A stretch of DNA of 64,000 nt. Source: a bacterium (GTDB lineage Bacteria; Zhuqueibacterota; Zhuqueibacteria; Residuimicrobiales; Krinioviventaceae). The notes beneath the pieces are model-generated. The model was not told the DNA's origin. It was given only the letters and a program-made list of their open reading frames with translations, and did no database searches. The stretch lies in contig OY843751.1 of NCBI GenBank assembly GCA_963693055.1, positions 3,296,001 to 3,360,000 of the forward strand, given 5' to 3'. A program made the translations under genes and the position numbers. Shown here piece by piece: positions 1 through 10,866 of this stretch (positions within the stretch are counted from its first letter, which is position 1; every line of letters begins with the position of its first letter).

Positions 1-1017
1 GGAAGATTGTGAACCAATCTGGTCAACATCTTTGAGGGCTTGTAATTCAAGCTTTAATTCCCAAAAATAATCAGTGTTTTGTGGATCAACTTCAACAATC
101 CGGTTATTACCCGCATCTGCAATCAATACATGGCCATTTTCAATCATATCCGCATCAACAGGATTCAACAAACCATATGTTGCATCGTCGGCCATAGCTT
201 CTGATGGATACTGCCAAACAATCTCTTTGGACGCTCGGGAAACCAGTAACACACGATTATGCCCCTGGTCTGTGATCAAAACAAGATCCTGATCGCCCTG
301 AATATATTCAATATCTACCGGAGAACTGAGAACCGCTGAACCCAATTCCCATACAATACTCTTGTTACTTTTTTCAACAATAATTACCCGGTCATTACCA
401 CGATCAGCAATGAGGAACTCTGTACTATCATCAATTTTCACAGCATCCGCAGGATTAGATAACTGGTTAGGGCCGTTACCTTCAAGACCATTGGGATCAC
501 CATAATCCCAATCAATAGATTGTGTTTCTCGTCCAATTTGTAATACACGGTGACTGCCTCTGTCAGTAATCAAAACACGGTATTGTTCATTTTCCAAAAA
601 CTCGAATGCATCAACAGGTAGTACTAGCTCTCCACCGGTATACTCCCAGGTAATCCTTTTCGTTACAGGATTATAAATAAACACTTTGGAACCGCTGCGC
701 AAGGGATCAGTGACCAGATAAAGATCCTGGTCATCTATTGTTCGCACATCTATATCTTCAACCGCGCCCAAAGGAATCGTTTCATCCGGCCAGGTCCAGT
801 CAAAACCGCCCAGGGTAAAATTTTCCAACTGGATATCATTACCATCCTCTTCCCATATGGGAGTTAATGTAATTAATGAATCTTTTTGGACACCTTGCTG
901 CACGATTGTTTTTGGAAATGGTGCGGAATCCTGCCAGGTTATTTCCTTTTGCGCAAAAATTTTGCCTGTAACTGTAGTAAACAAAAAAATAGCAATATAC
1001 AGATAATATTTTTTCAT
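1..1017 (-). CDS. Secreted NHL-repeat/beta-propeller protein (3' end outside the window; absent from the ORF track)
   Basis: Manual translation from ATG 1017 is open to position 1. It starts with a signal-like MKKYYLYIAIFLFTTVTGKIFA and has repeated blades ITDRGSHRV, IADRGNDRV, ITDQGHNRV, IADAGNNRI, each preceded by P(V/A)D. Confidence 0.8.
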   Translation of the reverse strand, partial: MKKYYLYIAIFLFTTVTGKIFAQKEITWQDSAPFPKTIVQQGVQKDSLITLTPIWEEDGNDIQLENFTLGGFDWTWPDETIPLGAVEDIDVRTIDDQDLYLVTDPLRSGSKVFIYNPVTKRITWEYTGGELVLPVDAFEFLENEQYRVLITDRGSHRVLQIGRETQSIDWDYGDPNGLEGNGPNQLSNPADAVKIDDSTEFLIADRGNDRVIIVEKSNKSIVWELGSAVLSSPVDIEYIQGDQDLVLITDQGHNRVLLVSRASKEIVWQYPSEAMADDATYGLLNPVDADMIENGHVLIADAGNNRIVEVDPQNTDYFWELKLELQALKDVDQIGSQSS

Positions 1018-1071
1018 TATATTTTCCGTTTGGTTAGTCGGATTAAAACAAATCTCCGATTATACATATTC

Positions 1072-1986
1072 CTAAAGTTCATCCCAGGAACTGATACTTG
1101 AACCAATTGCAATAGAATAAAACTTTGTCAATTCAGAATCAGCTCTCGATGTCATAATAATAGGAACTTTGGCTCCCAAAACAATACCTGCCGTTTTGGT
1201 ATCCGCGAAATAACTTAGTGCTTTATAGAAAACATTGCCCGATTCGATATTGGGCATGATCAAGATATCAGCATCACCACCAACAGGACTATCAATCCCT
1301 TTTGTTTCACAAGCGCTCTTGCTGATTGCATTATCAAGCGCCATGGGACCATCAATAATACAGTTATTTATCTGTCCACGGTGGTTCATTTTAGTCAATA
1401 CAGCCGCATCAATGGTACACGGCATAGATTTATAATTTACTTTTTCTATAGCAGCAATCAAAGCCACTTTGGGTGTTTCAATACCAAGCATTTGGGCACA
1501 GGCTACCGAATTGTCAATAATACCAACTTTGGCATCCAGATCCGGATAAATATTCATACCACCATCAGACATAAATATCAGCTTGTGATATTTAGGTATC
1601 TGCAATACTGCACAATGCGATAACAGCTTACCGGTCCTTACATCATGTTGCTTGTCTAATACACCCTTTAACAAGGTTGCGGAAGAACAACGTCCTTTCA
1701 TAAGTGTATCTGCAAGACGTTCCCGAACAAGCTGTATAGCACGTACAACAGATTGATTTTCATTGTCTGCCTGAACTATATCAAACTGTGTAGCATCAAC
1801 ATTTATTTCCTTACCTGTACGGATGATACTTTCTTTATCTCCCACTAAAACGGCATCTACAATTCCTTCATAGTGGGCATGTGAAATAGCAGCTAGTACC
1901 TCATGTTCATCTGCCATTGCTACAGCTATAGTTTTTTTGGGTTTCTTTTTAACTTCTATCAATAACTCATCAAACGTTGTGATCAT
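1072..1986 (-). CDS. ptb: Phosphate butyryltransferase (PTA/PTB family)
   Basis: Motifs LMKG, DGPMALDNAIS, ADILIMPNIESGN, TSRADS; overlaps buk. Likely start is ATG 1986 (track start 2007). Confidence 0.9.
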   Translation of the reverse strand: MITTFDELLIEVKKKPKKTIAVAMADEHEVLAAISHAHYEGIVDAVLVGDKESIIRTGKEINVDATQFDIVQADNENQSVVRAIQLVRERLADTLMKGRCSSATLLKGVLDKQHDVRTGKLLSHCAVLQIPKYHKLIFMSDGGMNIYPDLDAKVGIIDNSVACAQMLGIETPKVALIAAIEKVNYKSMPCTIDAAVLTKMNHRGQINNCIIDGPMALDNAISKSACETKGIDSPVGGDADILIMPNIESGNVFYKALSYFADTKTAGIVLGAKVPIIMTSRADSELTKFYSIAIGSSISSWDEL

Positions 1987-3061
1987 AGCTAACCGCCTCT
2001 TGTGCATAGATTTTAGGTTCTTCTTGTCCTGTTAATACACGTAGCGCCCCCAGAGCCAAAGCCTCCATCTCTTCCTCACCGGGAAATTTTAATACTTGTG
2101 CTATAAAATCAATCCGTTTTTCTATTTTTTCAATAATCTCATTACTAAATGCAATGCCACCGGTAAGGACTATTGCATCCACTTTACCGGCAAGCACAGC
2201 AGCCATTGCAGCAATTTCTTTTGATATTTGATATGTCATTGCTTCAATAGCTACATTGATGTCATTTGCAGACGATGTTTTTAATAATTGTTGAATATTA
2301 TTTGATCCGGTATAGGCAACCAAACCACCTTTGCCGGTCAACATTTTCAAGATCTGCTTTTCCTGAGGTTTACCAGAAAAACAGAATCTCACCAAATCAC
2401 CAGCAGGTATAGTACCAGCTCTTTCAGGGGAAAAAGGGCCATCTCCGTCAAGGGCATTATTAACATCCACCACTCTACCCTGCTTATGTGCGGCTACAGA
2501 AATACCACCGCCAAGATGGGCGATTATGAGATTTAAATCCTCATACTTTTTTTGCAATGATTCCGCTGCTTTTCTTCCAACGGCTTTATGATTTAACGCA
2601 TGAAAAATACTTTTACGTTTAAATTGAGGATGCCCTGATAATCTTGCAACGCTATCAAACTCATCTACAACAACGGGATCAACAATAAAAGCAGGCGTTT
2701 TACAAATACCTGCGAATTTGGCCGCCAGCACACCACCCAGGTTGGACGCATGCTGACCTTGCACCCCTTTGGTTAAATCCTGAATCATCTCGGCATCTAC
2801 CGCATAAGTTCCACTCGGAATAGGATTTAATAACCCGCCTCTTCCAACATAGGCATCCATATCATTACAATCAATACCTTTATTGGTAAATACATTTTGA
2901 ATCAGTTCAAAACGATAATCAAGCTGGTCCATTATCGTACTAAACTGTGCCAGTTCATCAACAGAGTGATGTACTGACTCGGAAAATACCGGTTCGGTAT
3001 TTTTATAAAGCGCTAATTTTGTAGAGGTGGAACCGGGATTGATAACAAAAATATTAGACAT
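1970..3061 (-). CDS. buk: Butyrate kinase
   Basis: Motifs INPGSTSTK, GRGGLL, HASNLG, VDPVVVDE, HALNHKA, HLGGGISV, GPFSPERAG. Confidence 0.95.
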   Translation of the reverse strand: MSNIFVINPGSTSTKLALYKNTEPVFSESVHHSVDELAQFSTIMDQLDYRFELIQNVFTNKGIDCNDMDAYVGRGGLLNPIPSGTYAVDAEMIQDLTKGVQGQHASNLGGVLAAKFAGICKTPAFIVDPVVVDEFDSVARLSGHPQFKRKSIFHALNHKAVGRKAAESLQKKYEDLNLIIAHLGGGISVAAHKQGRVVDVNNALDGDGPFSPERAGTIPAGDLVRFCFSGKPQEKQILKMLTGKGGLVAYTGSNNIQQLLKTSSANDINVAIEAMTYQISKEIAAMAAVLAGKVDAIVLTGGIAFSNEIIEKIEKRIDFIAQVLKFPGEEEMEALALGALRVLTGQEEPKIYAQEAVSYDHNV

Positions 3062-3164
3062 TCAACCTCCGGAAAATCAGTTTCAATAGGATTATAATTT
3101 TAAAAGCGCTTTTTATAGTTTAATGAAACAAAGCATAAAAAGCAAGAATTCTTGTAAAATAATG

Positions 3165-3689
3165 TCATTCAGCTGATACATGAACCAGTGATTCTACACG
3201 ATATTCACCCAACTTTTCACGACCTTTTAAAAAATCAAGTTCTACAAGAAAGCAACATCCTACAACAATGCCACCCAATCGCTCTACCAGGTTGGTAGTT
3301 GCTTTTATTGTTCCTCCGGTTGCCAAAAGATCATCAATTACCAGTACTTTTTGGTCTTTTTTAATTGCATCCATATGGATCTCGAGCGAATCCGTACCAT
3401 ATTCCAATTCATAGGTTTCCTGAATTGTATTTGATGGTAGTTTGCCCGGTTTTCTTACAGGTACGAATGCAATACCCCACTTGTATGCAAGAATAGAGGC
3501 AAATATAAATCCCCGGGATTCAATTCCCACAACCACATCAATCTCTTCATTTTTGAAATGATCTTCCATTTGTTTTATAGATTCCTGAAAAGCTTTGGGA
3601 TCATCAAGCAGGGTGGTAATATCAATAAAATTAATTCCAGGCTTGGGAAAATCCTTTACCCGTCTCAAAGTTGCATCCAAATCCATCAA
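3165..3689 (-). CDS. apt: Adenine phosphoribosyltransferase
   Basis: DFPKPGINFIDIT, GIESRGF, RKPGKLP, YELEYG, PRPP motif VIDDLLATGGT. Confidence 0.95.
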   Translation of the reverse strand: MMDLDATLRRVKDFPKPGINFIDITTLLDDPKAFQESIKQMEDHFKNEEIDVVVGIESRGFIFASILAYKWGIAFVPVRKPGKLPSNTIQETYELEYGTDSLEIHMDAIKKDQKVLVIDDLLATGGTIKATTNLVERLGGIVVGCCFLVELDFLKGREKLGEYRVESLVHVSAE

Positions 3690-3699
3690 TTGTTTTCCT

Positions 3700-3975
3700 T
3701 TATCGTTCTATACTAAAATTTTTGTATTTATTTTCGCAGGACTGCCAGCTTACATTCACATGTGTAACATCAGAAAACCGGGGTCCTCTCTCAAGAGCAC
3801 TAATATATGCTTCAATATAGGGTCTTTGGCCTTCAGCAAAGCTTTCAACACTACCATCCACCCTGTTACGTACGTATCCGGTTATTCCCAAGGTCTGGGC
3901 TTCCCGTAACGCATAGTAACGAAAGCCCACTCCCTGGACTTCACCGCTCACAATAATATGTGCTGCAGTTTTCAT
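3700..3975 (-). CDS. acyP: Acylphosphatase
   Basis: VSGEVQGVGFR and GYVRNRVDGSVE motifs; 91 aa. Confidence 0.93.
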   Translation of the reverse strand: MKTAAHIIVSGEVQGVGFRYYALREAQTLGITGYVRNRVDGSVESFAEGQRPYIEAYISALERGPRFSDVTHVNVSWQSCENKYKNFSIER

Positions 3976-3995
3976 TTATAATATTACCTTGTTTA

Positions 3996-5291
3996 TTACG
4001 GATACAAACGATACAACATTCTTGGAAATGGTATAGTTTCGCGAACATGTTGTCTTCCGCATAACCAGGCAACAGTTCTTTCAATACCCAATCCAAAACC
4101 TGCGTGAGGTACACTTCCATAACGGCGTACATCCAAATACCATTTAAAATTTTCCATAGGAAGTTCATGCGCTTCAATCTTTTTCATCAATGTATCGTAA
4201 TCATCTTCACGCTGACCGCCACCAATGATCTCTCCATAACCTTCAGGTGCAATCATATCCACACATAATGCACGATCAGGACGTTCAGGATCATTTTTCA
4301 TATAGAAGGCTTTAATGTTTGCCGGGTAATGTGTGATCATCACCGGTTTGTCATATTTACCAGAGATGATGGTTTCATCAGCACCGCCAAAATCATCACC
4401 ATAGACGAATTCAGCATTTGCTTCTTTCAGGATATTGGCAGCATCATCATAATCAATTCTGGGGAAAGGTTTAACGACTTTTTCCAAAGGAGCAATATCA
4501 CGCTCTAAAATATCGAGTTCATCACGACGGTTTTCTAAAACCCGTTCTACAATATAACTTACCAGCCCTTCAGCCATATCCATATCCTGATACAGATCAC
4601 AATAGGCCATTTCAGGTTCAACCATCCAAAACTCGGTCAAATGACGACGGGTTTTAGATTTTTCCGCGCGAAATGTGGGACCAAAACAGTAAGCTTTACC
4701 AAATGCAGAGGCAGCTGGTTCCATATATAACTGACCGCTCTGGGTTAGATAGGCTTTTTCATCAAAATAATTTACTTCAAAAAGATTCGTAGTGCCTTCA
4801 CAGGCTGAAGGTGTAAAAATGGGTGCATCTACCAGGGTAAAACCATTATTGTCAAAATAGTCCCGGCATGATTTTATAATTTCATGACGCACTTTGATAA
4901 TCGCATGCTGTTGAGAAGAACGCAGCCACAAATCACGATGCTCCATTAAAAATTCCACACCATGTTCTTTTGGAGAAATCGGGTATTCTTCGGCTTTGTG
5001 AACAATTTTTACCGAACTGACCTGGATCTCACATCCTCCCTTTGCACGCTTGTCTTCCGCTACAGTTCCGGTAACATGCAATGCGCTTTCCTGCGAAAGA
5101 TGCTGACATTGCTCAAACGTTTCTTCATCTACATTACCTTTAAAGACAACTGCCTGTACCAACCCTGTTCCGTCTCGCATCATTAAAAAAGCAAGTTTAC
5201 CTTTACCGGTTTTGTTGTATAACCAACCAGAGATAGTAACTTCTTTACCAATGTACGATTGCAGTTCTGAAATAAATACTTTTTCAGCCAT
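3996..5291 (-). CDS. asnS: Asparagine-tRNA ligase
   Basis: N-terminal OB fold, [55 protein letters not shown]. Confidence 0.95.
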   Translation of the reverse strand: MAEKVFISELQSYIGKEVTISGWLYNKTGKGKLAFLMMRDGTGLVQAVVFKGNVDEETFEQCQHLSQESALHVTGTVAEDKRAKGGCEIQVSSVKIVHKAEEYPISPKEHGVEFLMEHRDLWLRSSQQHAIIKVRHEIIKSCRDYFDNNGFTLVDAPIFTPSACEGTTNLFEVNYFDEKAYLTQSGQLYMEPAASAFGKAYCFGPTFRAEKSKTRRHLTEFWMVEPEMAYCDLYQDMDMAEGLVSYIVERVLENRRDELDILERDIAPLEKVVKPFPRIDYDDAANILKEANAEFVYGDDFGGADETIISGKYDKPVMITHYPANIKAFYMKNDPERPDRALCVDMIAPEGYGEIIGGGQREDDYDTLMKKIEAHELPMENFKWYLDVRRYGSVPHAGFGLGIERTVAWLCGRQHVRETIPFPRMLYRLYP

Positions 5292-5322
5292 GAACCTGAT
5301 TCCTTTCTTCTACTGATTATCA

Positions 5323-6159
5323 CTACCGTGCCAGCATGACATGGCAGTTTGAATGTCTTAAAATGTGTTCTGTATTACTGCCTAACAGCATCTCACGGAG
5401 CTTGGAATGACCATAAGCGCCTATAGCTATTAAATCTACTTTATTCTCTTTGGCATACTTTACAATTTCTTTGTCCGGTGTTCCGGGTAAAACAATATGC
5501 TCTAGTTCTATATTATAATTTTTTAAATAATCTCGGGCTTCGTTGATATAGTGCTGACCTATTTTTTCATCATCTGTTACTGAAATAAGCGTTACACAAG
5601 AGTGTAACTTTTCAGCCAAGTGACCTGAAAACTGTAAAGCCTGGTTGGCATTGGGGCTGCCATCATAACCAATTAGGATATGATTAATAGACCGGCTCTC
5701 TTTATCCGTTACCAATACGGGTTTGTGTATATTACGACTTACAATTTGTATAGTAGCACCCAACCGTTGTTGGTCCCAGCGGGAAAATTCGCCGCATTTT
5801 CCCAAGACTATTAAATCAGATAGATGAGAACGCTCCAGAATTGCATTTGCCGGAGATGCTACCTTCTTTTCTGTCTCAAACAAAACCCGGTTTTCATTCA
5901 AAATCTGTGAAGATTTTTCAAGCACCTTATCACATTTTTCTTCAAGCAAACGCATGGATTCTTTTTGGTAAAGACCTGTAGGAGCTATTGGCACAAAACC
6001 ATCAGAACCAATTGCAGTAGCCCATTCAAATACGCGTATATCCGCTACAGACAATACTCTCAAATAACTGTTAAAAGCGCGGGCCAAATCAATACCCATA
6101 GATAAAACAGGATCCGTATAAGTAGATCCGTCAACGGCAAGCATGATATTTTTAAACAT
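5323..6159 (-). CDS. Tandem universal stress protein
   Basis: Two Usp domains: MFKNIMLAVDGS and ILIGYDGS...GAYGHSKLREMLLGS. Confidence 0.88.
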   Translation of the reverse strand: MFKNIMLAVDGSTYTDPVLSMGIDLARAFNSYLRVLSVADIRVFEWATAIGSDGFVPIAPTGLYQKESMRLLEEKCDKVLEKSSQILNENRVLFETEKKVASPANAILERSHLSDLIVLGKCGEFSRWDQQRLGATIQIVSRNIHKPVLVTDKESRSINHILIGYDGSPNANQALQFSGHLAEKLHSCVTLISVTDDEKIGQHYINEARDYLKNYNIELEHIVLPGTPDKEIVKYAKENKVDLIAIGAYGHSKLREMLLGSNTEHILRHSNCHVMLAR

Positions 6160-6175
6160 ATCGCGTACCTCTCGT

Positions 6176-7192
6176 TTAAAACCAAACCTCAGGTTTTACA
6201 TCCCGGGTCATTAAATCCTGCAGAGCCATTCTGGGTTCCTTGTTTGCAAAAAGAACATTATACACTTCAAAGCAGATAGGCATTTCAACATCCAGTTTCT
6301 TTGCCAGCTCAACCGTAGAGCGGCAGGTTTTTACACCTTCCGCAACCATGGTCATATTACCCAATACATCGTCAAGAGACAAACCACTACCAATCTTCTC
6401 GCCGACATGACGGTTACGACTGTGACGACTCATACAGGTTACAATTAAATCACCCATACCAGATAGTCCTGAAAATGTGTGAGGATCAGCATCAAACTTG
6501 CGGCCCAACCTGATGATCTCAGCAAGGCCGCGCGGTTGTAAAGCTGCCTTTGTATTATCTCCAAAACCAGCACCATCACAAATTCCCGCAGCAATAGCAA
6601 TTACATTTTTCAAAGCACCACCCAGTTCTACACCGGCAACATCCACACTGGTGTAAATTCGGAACGTGGGTGTATTTACAGCTTCCTGAATTTGCAATGC
6701 GTTTTTTTCATCCGTTGAAGCTACAACCACAGCTGTTGGAATGTTGCGGCTTACTTCTTCCGCATGACTGGGCCCAGAAAGCACAGCAAACTTCTCTACG
6801 GGATGAGCGGGCAATTCTTCACGAAAAATTTCCGAGATCCGCATCAAAGAATCATTTTCAATACCTTTGACACAACTGACAACTATTGTATTGCTGTCAA
6901 TTTCATTTTTGGCAAGCTCTTTTAATACATTGCGAGTTACATGCGATGGGGTAATAAGAAAAATAATATTGGCACTTTTTACCGCATCTGTTAAACAATT
7001 GGTAACATGAATAGTATCATTGAGAATTGCAGCTTTTAATACACTTTCACGCATACGGGTGCGCTGCAAAGATTCTGCTGCTTCTTTATCAAACTCCCAC
7101 AATCTTACTCGGTGGCCATTACTCGCACAAACATTGGCGATTGCAAACCCCCAACTTCCTGCACCCAATATTGCTATATCTAAATTTGGCAT
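6176..7192 (-). CDS. gpsA: NAD(P)H-dependent glycerol-3-phosphate dehydrogenase
   Basis: GAGSWG, LSGPSHAEEV, GGALKNVIAIAAG, GDLIVTC, SRN, VAEG. Confidence 0.95.
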   Translation of the reverse strand: MPNLDIAILGAGSWGFAIANVCASNGHRVRLWEFDKEAAESLQRTRMRESVLKAAILNDTIHVTNCLTDAVKSANIIFLITPSHVTRNVLKELAKNEIDSNTIVVSCVKGIENDSLMRISEIFREELPAHPVEKFAVLSGPSHAEEVSRNIPTAVVVASTDEKNALQIQEAVNTPTFRIYTSVDVAGVELGGALKNVIAIAAGICDGAGFGDNTKAALQPRGLAEIIRLGRKFDADPHTFSGLSGMGDLIVTCMSRHSRNRHVGEKIGSGLSLDDVLGNMTMVAEGVKTCRSTVELAKKLDVEMPICFEVYNVLFANKEPRMALQDLMTRDVKPEVWF

Positions 7193-7202
7193 TCATTTTC
7201 TC

Positions 7203-8207
7203 TTAGTTTATTTTACCGATAACAACCGGTTCTTCATCCACTGCCTTTAACGCATCTGATACTTTGGAAACAGCATCTTGTTCTACAACAAAAACCAAAC
7301 CAATACCCAAATTAAATGTTTTTCTCATTTCTTCATCAGTTACGTTTCCAAACTGTTGAATTAATTTGAATTCGGGTAACACCGTCCAGCTATTCCAATC
7401 TATATCCATTGAAAGATTTTCACGAAGTAAACGCTTGGTATTGCCTTCAATTCCTCCACCGGTAATATGGCTAATGCCATTAATTTCCGGCATGCGTCTT
7501 ACAGCTTTAATAGCATTGGCATAACTTTTATGGACTCTTAGTAATGTATCTCCCCAGCTCATACCACCCAGTTCATCGACAGGCGCTTTCAGATCCACTT
7601 TTTTATGATCAAGCAAAACTTTTCTGGCCATAGAATAACCATTGGTATGTAAACCATTTGAAGCAAGGCCAAGCAACACATTGCCGGGAGCTATTTTGCT
7701 GCCGTCAATAATATCGGGTCTATTAATAACACCAACAATTGAACCAACCAGGTCATATTCACCTGCAGCATAAAAACCCGGCATTTCTGCAGTTTCTCCG
7801 CCTACAAGAGCACAACCATTGAGTTTGCAGCCATCAGACATACCTTTAACAATCTGTTCTGCTTTTTCCGGTTTCAAATCCAAAGTGCCTATATAATCAA
7901 GAAAAAACAGGGGATCTGAACCACAAACCATAATATCATTCACACAATGGTTAACCAGATCTTGGCCAACCGAATCATGCCGGTCCATGGAAAATGCAAT
8001 TTTCAATTTAGTACCCACACCATCAACACTGGATACAATAATAGGCTCGGGATATTTTTTTATATCCAGTGAATAAAATCCTGAAAACAATCCAATACCT
8101 TTTAACACATTATCATTAAAAGTGGATTTTGCCAGGGCGGAAATCTTTTTCGTAGAGGCTTCTGCTGCCTGCAGGTCTACGCCTGAATCTTTGTAACTAA
8201 TGGACAA
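7203..8207 (-). CDS. purM: Phosphoribosylformylglycinamidine cyclo-ligase
   Basis: YKDSGVD, DGVGTKL, GGETAEMPG, SNGLHTNGYS, HITGGG, TFNLGIG. Confidence 0.95.
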   Translation of the reverse strand: MSISYKDSGVDLQAAEASTKKISALAKSTFNDNVLKGIGLFSGFYSLDIKKYPEPIIVSSVDGVGTKLKIAFSMDRHDSVGQDLVNHCVNDIMVCGSDPLFFLDYIGTLDLKPEKAEQIVKGMSDGCKLNGCALVGGETAEMPGFYAAGEYDLVGSIVGVINRPDIIDGSKIAPGNVLLGLASNGLHTNGYSMARKVLLDHKKVDLKAPVDELGGMSWGDTLLRVHKSYANAIKAVRRMPEINGISHITGGGIEGNTKRLLRENLSMDIDWNSWTVLPEFKLIQQFGNVTDEEMRKTFNLGIGLVFVVEQDAVSKVSDALKAVDEEPVVIGKIN

Positions 8208-8210
8208 TGA

Positions 8211-8741
8211 CTATTCTCCCTTTTGTATATTTTCAAAGTATTTATTTCTAGCTTTAACAAAAAACTGTAAATTCTCTTTATCGTAATAATCCGGATAAGT
8301 CCATGGATTGGCCTGAAAGGTACCTCCCTGCCAGAAAAGTTGAACATCACCATAAATACCATTACCAATATAGATACGGTGACTAAAATTCTTTGTGGTT
8401 GCCAACACCAGTTTTGGCACTTCAATATATCCGGGATCCAGATTGATTCTTCGGTTGTTATCGTCGCTTAATTCTTCTTCAATAGAATTTGTTTCAATTT
8501 TTGTATTTACAATATCTGAAGGATCAATATAATTTTGAAATGTTACATAATATTTTTTCAAATCATTACCCATCTCTTCAGCATAGTAATTGGTATGACT
8601 AAAATCAAAAATATTGCTTTTTTCATCTATCGGACCGTACAAAGTAATCAAACCTTCTTCAGCAATTTTTCTATCTTGCTCATTTTTATAACATATTGCA
8701 CATAACAACAATACAGGTTGTGTATTTTTAATTTGGCCCAT
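8211..8741 (-). CDS. DUF4416-family protein
   Basis: FSHTNYYAEEMG, RRINLDPGY, LATTKNFSHRIY, PWTYPDY. Probable start ATG 8741. Confidence 0.8.
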   Translation of the reverse strand: MGQIKNTQPVLLLCAICYKNEQDRKIAEEGLITLYGPIDEKSNIFDFSHTNYYAEEMGNDLKKYYVTFQNYIDPSDIVNTKIETNSIEEELSDDNNRRINLDPGYIEVPKLVLATTKNFSHRIYIGNGIYGDVQLFWQGGTFQANPWTYPDYYDKENLQFFVKARNKYFENIQKGE

Positions 8742-8758
8742 AATAAATTCTCTCTCTA

Positions 8759-9385
8759 TTAATTGATATTTACAGGATTCAAAGTACCGCCACAAAAAGG
8801 GCAAAACTTCCACTCGGAATTATTAAACACATGTTCCGAATGCTGTGAACACTGAAGTACTGTTTTATTACAATCGACCCTGACAGTTTTTCCATTTTCC
8901 TGATCGATTTGAAGTAAAAGATTACCACGTCTTGTCTGACCCACAAGAAAAACATCAGACATCTCGGGCCTTTTTAGCCGAGAATGAATTAAATTCCCAA
9001 GATTATCCATTACTGCACAATCGACTTCAATTTCGCTCCAGTATCGGTATCCATCATTTTCTATATCATTATAATTTCTGCGATCTTGCGCTACGATATA
9101 TTTCTTCCAGGTTACCCGAATACCTTTGAACGTAACCCATTGAATTATATCGAACCGGATATTCTCACCGGTTTCAAGTGGCAAAAAGTCCACTTGAGGA
9201 TAATCAGATTTCAGATATGTACCCTCACCATTAAATCTAAAATCTATCATAAAACTGTCTACGTTGATTGATTTTTCACCAATATCCGGCATAACCAATA
9301 CGCTTGCAACTTTATGACCTTCGTCCATAGCGTATATCAAAACAACCGGAATCAAGACAGTCATTAATATTATATGCCTAAACAT
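8759..9385 (-). CDS. Hypothetical exported protein with C-terminal zinc-ribbon-like motif
   Basis: Hydrophobic N-terminus after ATG 9385; C-terminal CSQHSEH...WKFCPFCG. Confidence 0.6.
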   Translation of the reverse strand: MFRHIILMTVLIPVVLIYAMDEGHKVASVLVMPDIGEKSINVDSFMIDFRFNGEGTYLKSDYPQVDFLPLETGENIRFDIIQWVTFKGIRVTWKKYIVAQDRRNYNDIENDGYRYWSEIEVDCAVMDNLGNLIHSRLKRPEMSDVFLVGQTRRGNLLLQIDQENGKTVRVDCNKTVLQCSQHSEHVFNNSEWKFCPFCGGTLNPVNIN

Positions 9386-9470
9386 GGTTTTCTCCCAAAT
9401 GTTTTTTATATAAACACACAAGCGAGAGAATTAAATCCCATCAGGCAACAAACAACTTACAAAGCAAAAT

Positions 9471-9508
9471 AAAAAAAAACAAGCCCAAAGTCAAACTTTG
9501 GGCTTGTT
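9471..9508 (-). terminator. Rho-independent terminator after xylA
   Basis: AACAAGCCCAAAGT-CAA-ACTTTGGGCTTGTT stem followed by a T-run on the minus strand. Confidence 0.85.
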
Positions 9509-9512
9509 AAAT

Positions 9513-10844
9513 TTAAATAATAAACTGGTTTACAATCCGTTCATAGAGTTCCTGCTTGCCGCTTTTCGTTTTTGGTTCACCAATACTTGCGGCAATGGTT
9601 GCAAGATCATCGAGTTCAAGCTCTCCTCGCTTAAATTTAGCGCCCATACCAGCATCATAACTGGAATAACGTTCTTTTTTCATGGCAAGGTAATCAGTTT
9701 CCGTAATAATTTTATCCGCAATCAACAGCGCTTTAGCGATTGTATCAATAGAGTTGATATGCGATATAAAAATATCTTCAAGATCTGTAGAACTACGTCT
9801 GGTTTTAGCGTCAAAATTCATTCCACCGTTTCCCAAACCTCCAGCTGGTAACAAAACCAGCATGGTTTCTACCGCATCCTGAATTGAATGCCAGAACTCG
9901 TCAGTATCCCATCCATTATGAGGATCACCCTGGTTTACATCCAGACTGCCCAACATATTGGCATTAGCAGCAACTTGTAATTCATGCGCAAAAGTATGAC
10001 CTGCCAGAGTAGCATGGTTGTTCTCAATATTGATTTTAAAATCTTTATCAAGTCCATACTGACGTAAAAATCCAATCACCGTAGCAGTATCAAAATCGTA
10101 TTGGTGTTTGGTGGGTTCCATCGGCTTTGGTTCAATTAAAAAAGTACCGCTAAACCCGATTTTTCGTCCATACTCTTTAGCTTTTGTCAGAAACATTGCC
10201 AGATGTTCCAGCTCACGTTTCATATCTGTATTCAGGAGACTAAAATATCCTTCCCTTCCACCCCAAAACACATAATTGGAACCACCCAGCTCAACCGTAG
10301 CTTCAAGCGCAGCTTTGACCTGTGCGGCAGCATGGGTCAATACCTCGAAATCAGGATTTGTTGCAGCGCCATTCATATACCGAGGATGCGAAAAGACGTT
10401 GGCGGTTCCCCACAACAGTTGAATGCCAGATTCCTGTTGTTTCAATTTTGCCAGTGCGGTTAGTTCCTGCAAATTCTTTTCAGATTCAGAAACCGTACTG
10501 CCTTCGGGGGCCAGATCGCGATCATGAAAACAATAATATGGTAATCCCAGTTTTGAAATAAATTCAAAAGCTGCATCCAGCTTGTCTTTAGCAGCCTGTA
10601 CGGGGTCAGTGTTGACTGCCCAGGGGAAATCTTGGGTACCGGGACCAAAAGGGTCCTCACCCGTTCCACAAAAGGTATGCCAGTATGCAACAGCAAAACG
10701 AAAATGCTCTTTCATTGTTTTGCCTGCAATCACCTTGTTTTCATCATAAAACCTGAATGCCAAGGGATTTCGGGATTCAGGACCTTCGTATTCAATTTTA
10801 CCAATTCCTTTAAAATATTCCTGATTACCGATTGTAACTTTCAT
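9513..10844 (-). CDS. xylA: Xylose isomerase (class II)
   Basis: [54 protein letters not shown]. Probable start ATG 10844. Confidence 0.95.
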   Translation of the reverse strand: MKVTIGNQEYFKGIGKIEYEGPESRNPLAFRFYDENKVIAGKTMKEHFRFAVAYWHTFCGTGEDPFGPGTQDFPWAVNTDPVQAAKDKLDAAFEFISKLGLPYYCFHDRDLAPEGSTVSESEKNLQELTALAKLKQQESGIQLLWGTANVFSHPRYMNGAATNPDFEVLTHAAAQVKAALEATVELGGSNYVFWGGREGYFSLLNTDMKRELEHLAMFLTKAKEYGRKIGFSGTFLIEPKPMEPTKHQYDFDTATVIGFLRQYGLDKDFKINIENNHATLAGHTFAHELQVAANANMLGSLDVNQGDPHNGWDTDEFWHSIQDAVETMLVLLPAGGLGNGGMNFDAKTRRSSTDLEDIFISHINSIDTIAKALLIADKIITETDYLAMKKERYSSYDAGMGAKFKRGELELDDLATIAASIGEPKTKSGKQELYERIVNQFII

Positions 10845-10866
10845 AAAATCTCCTGTAAAATATCTA

